A DNA stretch of 62,000 nucleotides from Vicugna vicugna (Eukaryota). The DNA lies in contig MU058009.1 in NCBI GenBank assembly GCA_013265495.1, positions 3,117,780 through 3,179,779 of the forward strand. Direction: 5' to 3'. The notes beneath the pieces are model-generated. The model was not told the DNA's origin. It worked only from the letters and a program-made list of their open reading frames with translations, and ran no database searches. Shown piece by piece: positions 13,130 to 25,231 of this stretch (the stretch's first letter is position 1; the number at the start of each line of letters is the position of its first letter). Made by a program: the position numbers and the translations under genes.

Positions 13130-13497
13130 AACGAACATTGGGACGTACTGAGCATTCCTATGACTCCTGTTGGGTGGAAAACTGACATTACGGTTATGTT
13201 AGGAAAGAAAATGGTCTTTATCAACGAGACACAGGAAGATGTGAGCCAAGGGGGCAGATGCGAGCGGTGTTAGAAATGCACGCGGATGTGTACGTGTGGG
13301 TGTGTACATCTTGGTTTTACTTTAAAATACTTCAGCCAAAACCCAAACCAAAACGGTGCGGGGAGCAGCAGAAACGAGGGAAGTAACTGGCAAAGCACTG
13401 ATAGTCGATGAACCGGGTGAGCGGCACACAGGGGTTCTTTATGCCATTCGCTTCAGTTTTCTGTATGTTTGAAATTTTCCATGACGAAATTTTATAG
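13130..13497 (+). mobile_element. Old LINE-1 3' end (L1MC-like)
   Basis: Terminal motif ggggttctttatgccattcgcttcagttttctgtatgtttgaaattttccat. Confidence 0.65.
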
Positions 13498-14029
13498 GAA
13501 AGGATATTGGGGAGCTTAGGGAACCTCTGAGTTGTCTGCTGAGCCAGGCTGGGAGGGGAGGATGAGGAGACGCCCCAGGCCGTCCACGGAACAGCGTGCA
13601 CACGGATGCCGCCTCCGGTCCCCTTCCACCGCCACATCCAGGAGCCGGAGGTAGCGGTCACCCCCGTCCTCCTGCAGCCAGAACAGAGCTGCTTCGGACG
13701 ACTGGCTTCCAGAGAGAAGTCTGGGGCAGGAGCAGGCTTGGCGGAGCCTGGGTCCCGGCCCTCCCTGCCCCGGGAAGCTGCACTTCTCTGGTGGGAGGTG
13801 GGCTCTGCCCCGTCCGGCAGGGAGCCCGCCAGTTCAGGAAAAGGATGCAGATTGTCTTGGAAGAGGATTAATCTCCGCTGCAAGGAGGACATGGTTCTCC
13901 CACCACTCTGAAGTGCGTTCCCGTCTCTGTCAGGGTTCCCTGTCGCCTCTGCAGCTGTCAGCTCTTGCGCCCTTCTTGTCATTTTACAGATATTTTCACA
14001 CACGGTTTCCTGTCACTCTAACAACATTA

Positions 14030-14230
14030 TGTGCGCCGTTTGTAAGTCATTCCTACACATTCTCCACAACCACCGTGTGAGTCAGAATCACCCCCACGTT
14101 ACCGATGAGAAAACTGTGGGAAAGAGAGATGAACTGACTTACCCAATTTCCCGGGTTTGGAGGAGGTGACCTCAGATCTCAAGCCTGAGACTCCCTCCCT
14201 AAGACCCGCCCATGTCATTTCCACTGCGCG
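14030..14230 (-). mobile_element. MIR SINE
   Basis: ctccacaaccaccgtgtgagtcag...cccccacgttaccgatgagaaaactgtggg...ctgacttacccaa. Confidence 0.6.
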
Positions 14231-14849
14231 GCCCCCAAACTTGTAGTTGTGACTTTCAGCCGGTCTCTGAGAACTTATTCTTTATCTCAAGCTAATCAAG
14301 AGCCAAAAATTCATAGATTTTTGTCTTCCTTCGGTAACGTTTCTGAATAGCTTTTTTCCCATTCCTTTGAGGATTATCGCAGGCAAACACACAATACCAA
14401 AAAAATCTACGAGCAGTTAATGTTTCAGACAGCTGTAAACTTGATATCCCATCTCTTCTAGGCAACACAGAATCCCCGGTTCGAGTTAATTGTCCATCAG
14501 TTGGCGGCTCCCATAGGAGGCCGATGAGTGAACTGTCAGAGAATCTGGAGTATGAAATAGGTTTAAAGGAGATTTCGCCTGGAAAGTGGGTTGGTGATGC
14601 AGTTCACTGTTGAGCCCCAAATATCGAAAACCAGCCGGGGTGCTCGCCCGAGATTCCCTGCCGCCTCCCCCAGGAGTGTTTCCGCGGGGCACCTGGAAAA
14701 CGGACGGAGCTCTGCAAAGTGTCAGGGAGGGGCTGCTGCTCTGGATGCAAATAACTGGCCTCAGCACATTCCAAGGGAAAAAATGGAGAAAAAAGGATGA
14801 CGCGATGTCGAAAGAAGGCACAGGCCCAGCTAGCTCTCCCCTGCTGCTT

Positions 14850-15960
14850 AATACAGGAAATAGTTCCCCAACTTCGCGGCTAATCCTGCGCCGATACAAT
14901 GAGAAATGGCCCGTCTGGCAGCCAAGCAGTTATTAAACAAGGACAAGGAAATATTCCCGCCCATAGCAACGGAGCCAAAGATAACAGCGGGGAACAGAGG
15001 CGCTGCGGAGAGCAGGCAGATACGAAACATCCCGCCCTGGGAGCCCCCAGAGCGGCTGACGTGTGCGAAAAGCAAAGGGCCTCGCTTTTGCCCGAGAAGC
15101 CACGCAGCGGGTCGTGCACCGCAGGGCTTGGCGTCTGGCCGGGCTGCACGCGGCCTCGGCCGCGTGAGGCAGAAGCGGGCGGCGGAGGCACCGGCGGGCC
15201 TCAAGCGGGGCCCCACCTCGCGGCCGTCGGAGCTGGAAGCGGGCCCGTGCCGCGGCCCGCGTGGGAGGCGGGAGACACAGGGCCCCGCGCACGCTGTGCG
15301 GCGAGGCCGCCACGGCGCGCAGGGGCCTCCGCCCGACGCCCCTTTCTGACCGAGCGCCCCGTCCCCCAGCGGTCTTCCAAGCCCTCTGCTCGGGCTGGAG
15401 GGACGGCCTCCCAGGCAGACCTCTCCCAGCAGCACCTGGAGCGCCCTCCGAGGGCAGCCGTCCTGCTCGTCCTTCGCAAAGAGCCCGGGCTCCCGCAGCG
15501 CAGCCGGGCCCAGGGCGCAGGGGCCGGGGCGAGACGAACGCAGAAGCCGTTTTCTGCAAGCTTTTCCCGCTTTAAAGGAGCTGGTTTTATTGGTCATGCA
15601 ACAAACGTGTTGGAGAGTCAGAATGTTACAGCCGGAAGGACGTCAGAGGTGACCCAACAGGCTGCTTTTCCAGAAGGGGGCAGGCTGGGAGTTGAAAGCT
15701 GTTCGTTCAAGCTGAGCCGAGACCTGTTCTCCTGGCTTCGGGGCCAGGGCTCTGTTCGCGGTATCAGCCTCCCTGGGCCCTTCCTTCCCCTGGGAAATAC
15801 ATAAACCGAACTGTTGTTATCTTGGAGTTCTTTTAGGGAGAAAACGAAAAGCCCTGCCGTGGCGCCCCGCCGCAGTGTGTTAGGTCCATCGGCCCACAGT
15901 GGGCTCATCGGGGCTCCTTTAACTCACCTGGCGATGGTTTTAAATTTTAAGAAATTAAGC
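14850..15960. promoter_or_regulatory. CpG island (orphan promoter/enhancer-like)
   Basis: Very GC- and CpG-dense core at about 14990-15560; RFX half-site ccatagcaac (14961), GATA agataa (14979), reverse CCAAT (15589), ETS ccggaag (15632), CRE-like gacgtca (15639), CTCF-like site (15670). Confidence 0.75.
15670..15683 (+). promoter_or_regulatory. Candidate CTCF site
   Basis: ccagaagggggcag fits CCASYAGRKGGCRS with one mismatch. Confidence 0.5.
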
Positions 15961-16261
15961 CACCGCGGTCCCACGTGGAGGTGAACTGTGCGCCCGCTCC
16001 ACCTGCTCCAGATCCACCCCCTCTCCTCCCGTGTGCACGCGCTCCCCGCCCTCCTCTCCTCCCTCTCCTCCCGCAGGGGAACTGTCCATACGATGACAGA
16101 GCCTCCGCTGCGAAGTGCCAAGTTACGCGAGTTGTTGCTGTTTGCTCTGGACCTCGGGTGACTGCCCTCAGACACCTGGACTTCCCCCCGCCACCCTCCA
16201 GAGACCGAACTGGTCTGCCCTGGCACTGCGTGCAGGTCGCATCTGGGTCTCCTGAGCACGT

Positions 16262-16465
16262 GCCTCTGGAGTCCGACGGCTCTCAGCTATGAGCAAGTTA
16301 CATACTCTCTTTGGGCCTGCTTCCCCATCTGCGAAAGAAGGGTCAAAGTGGTGGCTACCTCAAGGATGATGAAGGCTAAATGAAGATTTAATGAGACAAC
16401 CCATTCAAAGGGTTTGTGAAGAGTGCTTGGCACAGAAAAATCGCTAACTGTCATTATTTCATTGA
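16262..16465 (+). mobile_element. MIR SINE
   Basis: ctctggagtccgac...gagcaagttacatactctctttgggcctgcttccccatctgcgaaa...gtgcttggcacagaaaaatcgct. Confidence 0.8.
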
Positions 16466-16788
16466 CTGCTGAACTCAAAAAATATAAGGAAAAAAATGGG
16501 GATATTAGGTTTCTGCCAACAGCCTGATCCACTTATTTTTATGAGCATTGGCTCATCTCCAGATTTCAAGTTGTTAGGGACAATTTTACAAACATTTAAT
16601 CAGTGGCTTTCCCTCAATCTTGTGTGCATGGAAGGGGTTGGGCAGGTAAGCTGTGAACGTGGCTCCCCCTCACCTAAAGGCCACAAGCACCGAGATTTCT
16701 CGTCTCCTCAGTGTCAGTGTCTAGAGTCTCTCAAACCTCCTTAAACGTAAGTTTAGCCAAGACCCCCATTAACATTTTCAAGAAGAAA

Positions 16789-16817
16789 ACACACACACAC
16801 ACACACACACATACACA
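16789..16817. repeat. (CA)n microsatellite
   Basis: acacacacacacacacacacacatacaca. Confidence 0.95.
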
Positions 16818-17794
16818 GGTATAAAAGTAATTGAGCAAAAGTAGTTTAGATTTCTTAGAGCATAGTCACCAATTATTGGTTGCAGAGCTTAAAAAGTACC
16901 CCATCCTTACCTTGTGGCCCTTGATATGACTTGGATAAATGACAGTCAACGACCTGTAGCTCATGGCAGGTTTGGGTTGGCCCAGCCGCCAGGTTGGGTA
17001 AGGATTCGATCCCTCCCGGAACTTTCTCCACAGCCCTTTCCCGGCGGAGGTCTGGTGTCCATCGCCGTGTTGTGGTCCTTTAAGTGAGTGGGACCCTTGG
17101 TGTCTGTCTGGGCTTTGAACTGGCCTTTTCCCTTCACCTCTCTGCTGGAGTTTTCTGTGGCTCCAGATTCCACCTTTGCTTTTGATCCTTTCCTCTCTGC
17201 CTGTTCTATTTCTGTGCCGTTTTTGTTTGGCTGAAGCGCGTCCTCCAGCCAGAAATTAACACTTGTTCTCGCCTCCTCTGAAGCTTCCGGTCTTCATCCA
17301 TCATCCTGACGTGGCAGTTGGGTCTGGCCTCCTTGACAACCATATCTTCCTCCAGGGTCAGCCTGCTTTCCATCTCCCCCTTTCAAACCTTGACTTCCCT
17401 TTAGGACCACCCTTTGGGTTCTCCTTTCCTGTGATCTAAGTTGTTGTGAGCTAATATGCTGGGGCCTGATTTGCTGAACAGGAATGATTGACAGCCCCTC
17501 TGCTCAATGACGGATCAAATCTCTTCTGCTTGGGTTTTTCGGCACGACCCCCTTCCTCATATTCCCTTTGTTGACTCATTCCTCTGGAGGCTTTAAAGAA
17601 TCTTCTGGAATTCTGACGTAAGTTGATAGAATCGAACATATTATGCACAGACTGTATTTTCCACACATAGCAAATGGAAAAAGACATCATTTCCATCTAA
17701 AGAATATGCTGTTCATACCTTGTAACTTGGCTAAACAAGAGAGGAGGTGGTTTATTTACTCCTTCTATGGTTGCTGAGTGATGGATAGGAAGTG

Positions 17795-17869
17795 CCACGG
17801 CCTTAGGCGAGCCCACGGCCTTCGGTGAGTCCACGGCCTTAGGTGAGCCCACGGCCTTAGGTGAGCCCA
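17795..17869. repeat. 18-bp minisatellite, about 4.2 copies
   Basis: Unit ccacggccttaggtgagc repeated at 17795, 17813, 17831 and 17849. Confidence 0.95.
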
Positions 17870-19864
17870 ATCAATGGCTTGCTCGCTGCCATTTGTAACC
17901 GGTTTGCTGAAAGCACAACAAGCAGCGTTTCTGATAGGGTGCGTGTAGAAAGCAGTAACTGTGTCGTGGCCAAGGAGATCCAGACACTTGAGCCCCTGGG
18001 GCCCTGCCTTCTCCAGGCCTCACCCAGTTGCCTTGAGAGCTGAGGGCATCATCATCCCAGCACATCTTTGTACACACTGCTCAGGTCCAGGAGGGGGGAT
18101 GCTCTGCACGGGGTTTAACTTAATCTCGTACGGACCACTGCCCTCCAGACCTTCTCCATCCAGTCTCCCTCCTCCAAGTCTGGAGGAACTCTCGGCAGAT
18201 TCCTTCACTTTCCCAGGTACTTTCAGACAGAGTCTCATTTTGCATCTAATTTAAATCCAGACGTAATCTCGTATCCATTTTGAAGCTTCTCCCCTTGCCC
18301 CCAGCTGGCTCAGAGACCTGGAGCCAGCAGCCGGGCTGTCTTTCTCGCCTGCTCCACCTTTCCCTCCAGTGTGCCTCTTGAGTCTGGGCGGAGGGGAGGG
18401 AAGGGATGAGGGCGGTGTTGGCTGGTGCTGTTGACACTTGGGCGTGGTGCCTGCCTGTGGCAGACGCCCCAGTGCTGACTCTCTACTGGGGCAGCAGAAG
18501 ACCCCACACACCCCACACACCCTTTCCACTGGAGTCGCCTCACCCTGGAAGGCAGCCTTCCTTTAGCTTGAGCCCTGATGCCTCAGAGCTCACCGCTCAG
18601 CCAAAGGGGAGACTCAGCCATGTTGCATCACCATTGGTGGAAACGCAGCTGCTCCCCCAGCAATTCTTTCCTCTTGTCCTTCCATCACAGGAGGCACCAG
18701 CCCACCTTCCACCTTTTTTGCCTTTTCCCATGAGGAGGAGACACCAGTCTTTGGATCCAGGGACAGAGAACAAATTCTTCCAAAATCAGTCCAGGCTTCC
18801 CTCCGGCCCCCGGTAGCACCGGGACTGCATGTTTCCATTCTCAAAGCCCCTCAGCTGACCAGCAGCCCATCCCACCCATGGGTCGGGAGAAAGAGGAGAA
18901 AATGCATATGGCGGCAGATTGCTGATAACACTCAGTGTGAGTTTATTGGGTTTTTTTTTAGTTTTAAGAATTAAACCAAACTTTTATTTATTTATTTTTG
19001 TGACCTATCAACACTACTTACTGGCAGGCTGAAATTAACACTCACTGAAGTCTGTCCCTGAAGAAACTGCCTTGCTGCTTCTGACATCATGGCCCACATC
19101 TGTTCTGAATCCAGTGCAGCTCTTTGTGATGTTTCAGCAGTACCGAAGCCTTCACGTGAACCTGTCTCAGGGTCCAGGTTGGGCTTTTTACTACTGCGTG
19201 TGCCCTGGATGCTGTAACCTGTCTTTTAACACATCATCAGAGTCCCTCAAGTTTCTCAAATGATTACATTTCAAATGTGAGAATTGTAATACCTTCCAGG
19301 AAAATGTAGATGTTTTTCTTAGACATACTCAGCAAATCCCATGCAATATATTGAATGATCTGCATGAAAATGTTTGGGTGGTACGTTTCCTCAGAGGGCA
19401 AGCTGCCACATTCCTTACCTATGAGTAATGATTTCTAGGTGGTACAGAGAAGTAGTGCCCAGCCTGTCATGCCCTGATGCCAAGTTTCCTCCAGTTGGTG
19501 TTGCCCTCACAGCTGCTAGTAACATGTGAAGTTGCACCCTCTAACACCACAGCAGAACTGGGGCCAGAATCCAGGCCCACAGAGGAGAGGCAGTTTCACA
19601 CTCTCCTTGGAGCTCCTGCAGTGGGATTATTTTGTAAATGTTACAGAACTAGTCATTCAATGTATACAGAGATGGGGAAAATATAAAGCAAAAAATAAAA
19701 ACAAACAAACAAAACAACAAAAAGTCAAAGAAAAAATAACCCCCCGCCCCCAAGAAAATCCCAATCTCTCCACCCCAAAACCCAAAACTGGGAGCAAATC
19801 CTTTGGCCATATGCTGTAATGTTGGTGTTGTCAGAGAGGAATGTCCTATGAGAAGTAGTTAAAG

Positions 19865-19995
19865 CATTTAGAACATCATATAAATGGAATTATGCAGTAT
19901 GTAGCCTTTGGAGATTGGCTTCTTTCACTCAACATAACGTCTTTGAGATTTGTTTGAGTTATTGCATATATGTATATAGTTTATTCCTTCTTCTA
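19865..19995 (-). mobile_element. Old LINE-1 3' fragment
   Basis: catataaatggaattatgcagtatgtagccttt...ggcttctttcactcaacataa. Confidence 0.75.
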
Positions 19996-19999
19996 AGAA

Positions 20000-22705
20000 T
20001 AACAATGTGATTCACAATATTAACAAGCAGAAAAAGTACCTTTTGGTCATCTCTGAACAATATGTAGAAAATTACATGAAAAGTCCAACATTTGTTCCTG
20101 ATTTTTTTTTAAGTTTATAAATCATATTCTTTTTCTTTTTTTATAACTTTTCTTTTTTTGAAATTGTTTTTTTAACTTTTTTTATTCAGTTATAATCATT
20201 TTAGAATGTTGTGTCAAATTCCAGTGTAGAGCAAAATTTTTTGGTTATACATGAACATATATTCATTGTCACATTTTTTTCTCTGTCACATACCGTAAGA
20301 TCTTTTATATATTTCCCTGTGCTATACAGTATAATCTTGTTTATCTATTCTACATTTTGAAATCCCAGTCTGTCCCTTCCCACACCCCACACCCCCACCC
20401 CCTTGGCAACCACAAGTTTGTATTCTATGTCTGTGAGTCTGTTTCTGTTTTGTATTTATTTATTTATTTAGATTCCACATATTAGCAATCTCATATGGTA
20501 TTTTTCTTTCTCTTTCTGGCTTACTTCACTTAGAATGACATTGACATTCTCCAGGAGCATCCATGTTGCTGCAAATGGCATTATGTTGTCTGTTTTTATG
20601 GCTGAATACTATTCCATTGTATAAATACACCACATCCTCTTTAACCAGTCATCTGTTGATGGACATTTAGGCCGTTTCCATGTCTTGGCTATTGTAAATA
20701 GTGCTACTATGAACATTGGGGTGCAGGTGTCATCCTGAAGTAGGGTTCCTTCTGGATATATGCCCAGGAGCGGCATTCCTGGGTCATATGGTAAGTCTAT
20801 TCCTAGTCTTTTGAGGAATCTCCATACTGTTTTCCACAGTGGCTGTAGCAAACTGCATTCCCACCAGCAGTGTGGGAATGTTCCCCTTTCTCCACAGCCT
20901 CTCCAGCATTTGTCATTTGTGGATTTTTGAATGATGGCCATTCTGACTGGTGTGAGGTGACACCTCATTGTAGTTTTGATTTGCATTTCTCTGATTATTA
21001 GTGATATTGAACATTTTTTCATGTGCCTATTGATCACTTGTATTTCTTCCTTGGAGAACTGCTTGTTTAGGTCTTCTGCCCATTTTTGGATTGGGTTGTT
21101 TGTTTTTTTCTTATTAAGTAGTATGGGCTGCTTATATATTCTGGAGATCAAGCCTTTGTTGGTTTCATTTGCAAAACTTTTCTCCCATTGTGTAGGTTGT
21201 CTTTTTGTTTTACTTATGGTTTCCTTTGCTATGCAGAAGCTTGTAAGTTTAATTAGGTCCCATTTGTTTATTCTTGCTTTTATTTCTATTGCTTGGGTAG
21301 ACTGCCCTAGGAGAGCATTTCTGAGATGTATGTCAGATAATGTTTTGCCTATATTTTCTTCTAGGAGGTTTATTGTATCTTGTCTTATGTTTCAGTCTTT
21401 GATCCATTTTGAGTTTATTTTTGTGTATGGTGTAAGGGAGTTTTCTAGCTTTATTGCTTTACATGCTGCTGTCCAGTTTTCCCAACACCGTTTGCTGAGG
21501 AGACTGTCTTTATTTCATTGTATATTCTTGCTTCCTTTGTTGAAGATTAGTTGACCAAAAGTTTGTGGGTTCATTTCTGGGCTCTCTATTCTGTTCCATT
21601 GGTCTACTGAATTAAAATAAAGAGGCTGGAGGAATAACTCTCCCAGACTTCAGACAATACCACAGAGCTACAGTAATCAAAATAGCATGGTATTGGTACA
21701 AAAACAGACATTTGTTCCTGATTTAAAAGTCCCAGCTAGAACTAGAAATAATAAACCAGAAATAAAAGGGAACTTCCTCAACCTGAGAAAGGGTTATCTA
21801 CAAAAACCCTGCAGCTGACATAATTCCTATTGCTGAAAACCTCTATGTTTCCCCCTAAGATCGGCAATGAGGAAAGAACATCTGATCTCACTATTTAACA
21901 TTGTACTAAAGTTCTAGCCAATGCAATAACATAAGAAAAAATTAAAAGGCATTCAGATTGGAAAGGAAGAAGAAGTCAACTTATCTTTAATCATAGATGA
22001 CAAGATCATGTACATAGAAAGTCATAAAGAATTTACAAAGTGTTGCTAGAACCAACAAGTGAGTTAAGCAAGAACACAAGGCTAATGTGCAAAAGAATTA
22101 ATTATATATCCACAGTCTAGCAATAAACAATCAGATATTGACATTGAAGAAACAACAGCATTTACAATAGCATCAAAAATATGAAATACTTCAAAATAAT
22201 AAAAGATGTAGGAATCCTGTACACTGGAACTACAGAACATTGCTGTGAGAAAGTAAAGAAGAATTTTTTTAAAAAAAGAAGAGATATACTATGTTCATGA
22301 ATCAAAAATTCAAACTTTTTTAAAAAATTTGAACTTTTAAAGATGTCAGTTCTTTCTCCTTTGATCTATAGAGTCAATGTAATCCATTGAAAATCCTAGT
22401 AGCCTTGTTTAGAAATTGACAAACTGATTCTAAAGTTTATGGAAATGTCAAAGACCTAAAATCGCCTTTGAAAAAGAAAAAGCAAAGTTTAGGACTTATA
22501 CTGCATGAAATCAAGACTTGTTATAAAGCCACAGTAATCAACACAGTGTAGTGTTGGCATGAAGATAGAAATTTAGATTAATGGAACAGAAAGGAGGGTT
22601 CAGAAATGGTTCTATGAGTACATTTCCAATTGATATATGACAAAAGGGCCAGGGTATTTCAATGGTGAAAAGTTAATCTTTTCAACCAATGGTGCTGAAA
22701 TAGTC
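20000..22705 (+). mobile_element. Old LINE-1 ORF2 (RT region) remnant, interrupted by a younger L1 at 20105-21707
   Basis: gggaacttcctcaacctgagaaagggttatctacaaaaaccc, aaaggcattcagattggaaaggaagaag, ttcaaccaatggtgctg; many stops and indels. Confidence 0.9.
20105..21707 (-). mobile_element. Young 5'-inverted LINE-1 (ORF2 C-terminus plus 3' UTR); inverted segment at about 21608-21707
   Basis: 180-aa open ORF2 piece at 20609-21151 ([19 protein letters not shown]...[15 protein letters not shown]); T-rich tail; perfect 17-bp TSD acatttgttcctgattt at 20088-20104 and 21708-21724. Confidence 0.97.
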
Positions 22706-22867
22706 ATCTGTGGTGGACAAAATTCTAAAACTGTCTCCCCCAGATGCAGCATCTGATTATTCAAACAGCAATGTGAGTTATGTTAGAAGGAAGTATGGTC
22801 TTGTTATTGTCTTCATTTGGAGACTAATCATGCTTTGAAGAGATGTGTGAGTGACAAGGGGCGGACT

Positions 22868-23633
22868 TGTGATGCTTCATGTTATGTGTTCACTTGGCTG
22901 GGCCGTGGTGCTCAAATGTCTGGTCAAACATTATGCTGGATGTTCCTGTGGGTGTGTTTTGGGATGAGATTTGCATTTGAATTAGTGGGCTCTCAGTAAA
23001 AACGGTTGTCCTTCATAATGTGGATGGATCTCATCCTATTAGTTGAAGTCCTGATGTTTTGGACTGAATGCTTGTGTTCTCCCCAAAATACACATGTGGA
23101 GGCCCTAACTTCCAATGTGATGGTCCTAGAGGTGGGGCCATTGGTAGGTAGTTAGATTTGGATTATCCCATGATGAGATTTAGAAGAGGAGAAAGAGACA
23201 TGAGAGTTTTCTTTCTTCCATAAGTGAGGATCAAGCAAGTATATAGTCATCTACAAGCCAGGAAGAGAGCCTTCCCCTGGAGCCCCACCATGCTAGCACC
23301 TCAGACTTCTAGCCTCCAGAACTGTGAGAAATAAAGATTCATTTTTTAAGGCACCCCCATCTATAGTATTTTATTATAGCAGCAGAGCAGACTAGGACAC
23401 CTGACTAGAACAAAAGACTGACTTTCCTGAGCAACAAGGAATTCTGCCAGCAGATGGCCTCTGGACTTGAACTACAGCATCAGCTCTTGGGTGGGTCTCC
23501 AGCTTGCCAACCTACCCTGAAGATATTGGACTTACCAACCTCCATGATCATGTGTGCCAACTCCTTAAAATAAATCTCTCTGTATATACACATCCTATTG
23601 ACTCTGCGTCTCTGGAGAACTCTGACTAATGCA
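22868..23633 (+). mobile_element. ERVL LTR (MLT2D-like), split by an MLT1A insertion
   Basis: Starts tgtgatgcttcatgttatgtgttcacttggctgggcc; ends tctctggagaactctgactaatgca. Confidence 0.88.
23055..23399 (+). mobile_element. MaLR solo LTR (MLT1A-like) nested in MLT2
   Basis: tgttttggactgaatgcttgtgttctccccaaaa...gcagactaggaca; perfect 5-bp TSD cctga (23050-23054, 23400-23404). Confidence 0.92.
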
Positions 23634-24130
23634 ATCACTTTGAAGAACAGTTGTGGTGCTTTCTTAGAAAGTTAAACATTCACCTTTCACAAGACTCAGG
23701 CGTTCCGTTTACCTAAGAGAAATAAAGCATGTGTTCATACAAGGACTTGTTCATGGAGGCTGAGAGCATCTTTATTACTAATAGCTCCAAAACGGGACAC
23801 TTCAAAATGCTCCTCAATAGCTGAATTAATAAACTGTGGCATATCCATATAATGGAGTCACACTTAGCAATAAGGAAGAAATATTGATATACACAATATG
23901 ATAAATCTCCAGTAATTGTGCTGAGTTAAAGAAGCTAGTAAAAAACAGTATTTATTTTATGATTTCTTTTATTAAAAACTCTAGAAAATGCAAACTTATC
24001 TTTGGGTCAGAAAGTAGTTCAGTGGTTGCCTGGAGAGGGGAGTGAGGATGGAGTTTCTAAAGGAGCATGAGGAAGCTTTTGGAAGTGATGGATATGTTCA
24101 TTATCTTGATTGTGGCAATGATTTCAACAA
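23634..24130 (+). mobile_element. Old LINE-1 3' region (L1MC/ME-like)
   Basis: aaagttaaacattcacc...aaactgtggcatatccatataatgga...gatggatatgttcattatcttgattgtggc. Confidence 0.85.
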
Positions 24131-24194
24131 GCATTTGTCAAGGGTTGCTGTCCATCAGCCAGATAAGATGAGAATCAGCAAAAATGGATCAAGA

Positions 24195-24308
24195 TGAAAG
24201 GAAGGATAAGAGAATGCGGATAAGAAAGGGATGGAGGCAAGGAAAGAGAGAAGGAAGGAAGGAATGAAGGAAGGAAGGAAGGAAAGAAGGAAGGAAGGAG
24301 GGAGGGAG
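24195..24308. repeat. (GGAA)n purine-rich simple repeat
   Basis: gaaggaaggaaggaatgaaggaaggaaggaaggaaagaagg. Confidence 0.9.
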
Positions 24309-24961
24309 TTAGCCAGTTCACATCCTCAAGGATTTTAAATAATAATTTAAACATAAGAAAGTGCACTTCTGGTAGGGCTAGGGGCAGTGGGCAGAGATAT
24401 ACAGTCTGAAGGCCCAGGGTCTAGGTGGATGTGGCTGACTGGGGACTGGTTGGTTGTGGATCTCAGTTTCCTACACGCTTGCACAGCAGTTCATCTCCTT
24501 CAGGGTCCACGTCTGAAGGACAGTTGGGGAAATTCACTCTAATTATGTGTAGAGTCAGGAATGACCTCTAACACTGGGAGATGATGGAGAAAGTGGGAGG
24601 CTACAAGGGGAGTTCGGTCAGTCTTCCTTGGAATGTCCTTGGAGATGCTGAATGATACCTTAGGAGAAAAACTTTGTGGACACTGAGATCATAGAATAAT
24701 GACCACGCATTCCAGATGCCTACCCACAATGAGTATTCCCAGTGACCCGAGGAGAAATGACTCACATTGGGACAACACAGAGAGAACATCTCAGTTACAG
24801 CATTTTATGACTATGACCACTTATAAATGTATTTAACTTATTGGAAATAGAACAGTATGGCTCCCCAAAAGATAATTCTTTGCTTTCAAAAACATGAATT
24901 TGCTTTTTTTCCCCTCAAGATGCCAAAGAGGTACATTCTGAGTCATGGACTTAAGGCAGGA

Positions 24962-25231
24962 TGTTGTGGACTAAATGTGTGTTGAGGCCCTATCTTCCAA
25001 TTTAGAGGTGGGGTCTTAGGGAGGTAATTAGGTCACGGGGTGGGGCCCTCATGCTGGGATTAGTGCCCTTATAAGAACCAAGGAGAGAGTTCTCCCCAGG
25101 AACTGAATCCGTCTGCTCCTTGATCCAGGACTTCCAGCCTCCAGAATTGTGAGCGATAAGTGTCTGCTATTTAAGTCCCCACTCCACCCCGCCTATGACA
25201 TTTCGTTCCTGCAGCCCAGCAGACTAAGACA
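24962..25231 (+). mobile_element. MaLR solo LTR (MLT1A-like, internally deleted)
   Basis: tgttgtggactaaatgt...gggattagtgcccttataaga...gacttccagcctccagaattgtgag...gactaagaca; TSD cagga/tagga. Confidence 0.9.

Noticed and set aside
14848..15804. Long overlapping ORFs of 301, 249 and 208 aa
   Set aside because: They occur on both strands of a CpG island, are A/R/G/P-rich and show no recognisable domain; stop-codon scarcity in GC-rich DNA explains them
17795..17869. CRISPR-like array (also considered 39844-39934 and 40121-40198)
   Set aside because: Head-to-tail repeats without unique spacers, in mammalian DNA with no cas genes
20609..21151. 180-aa ORF as a host gene or active retrotransposase
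   Set aside because: It is the C-terminal part of L1 ORF2 in a truncated, inverted copy lacking promoter, ORF1, endonuclease and RT
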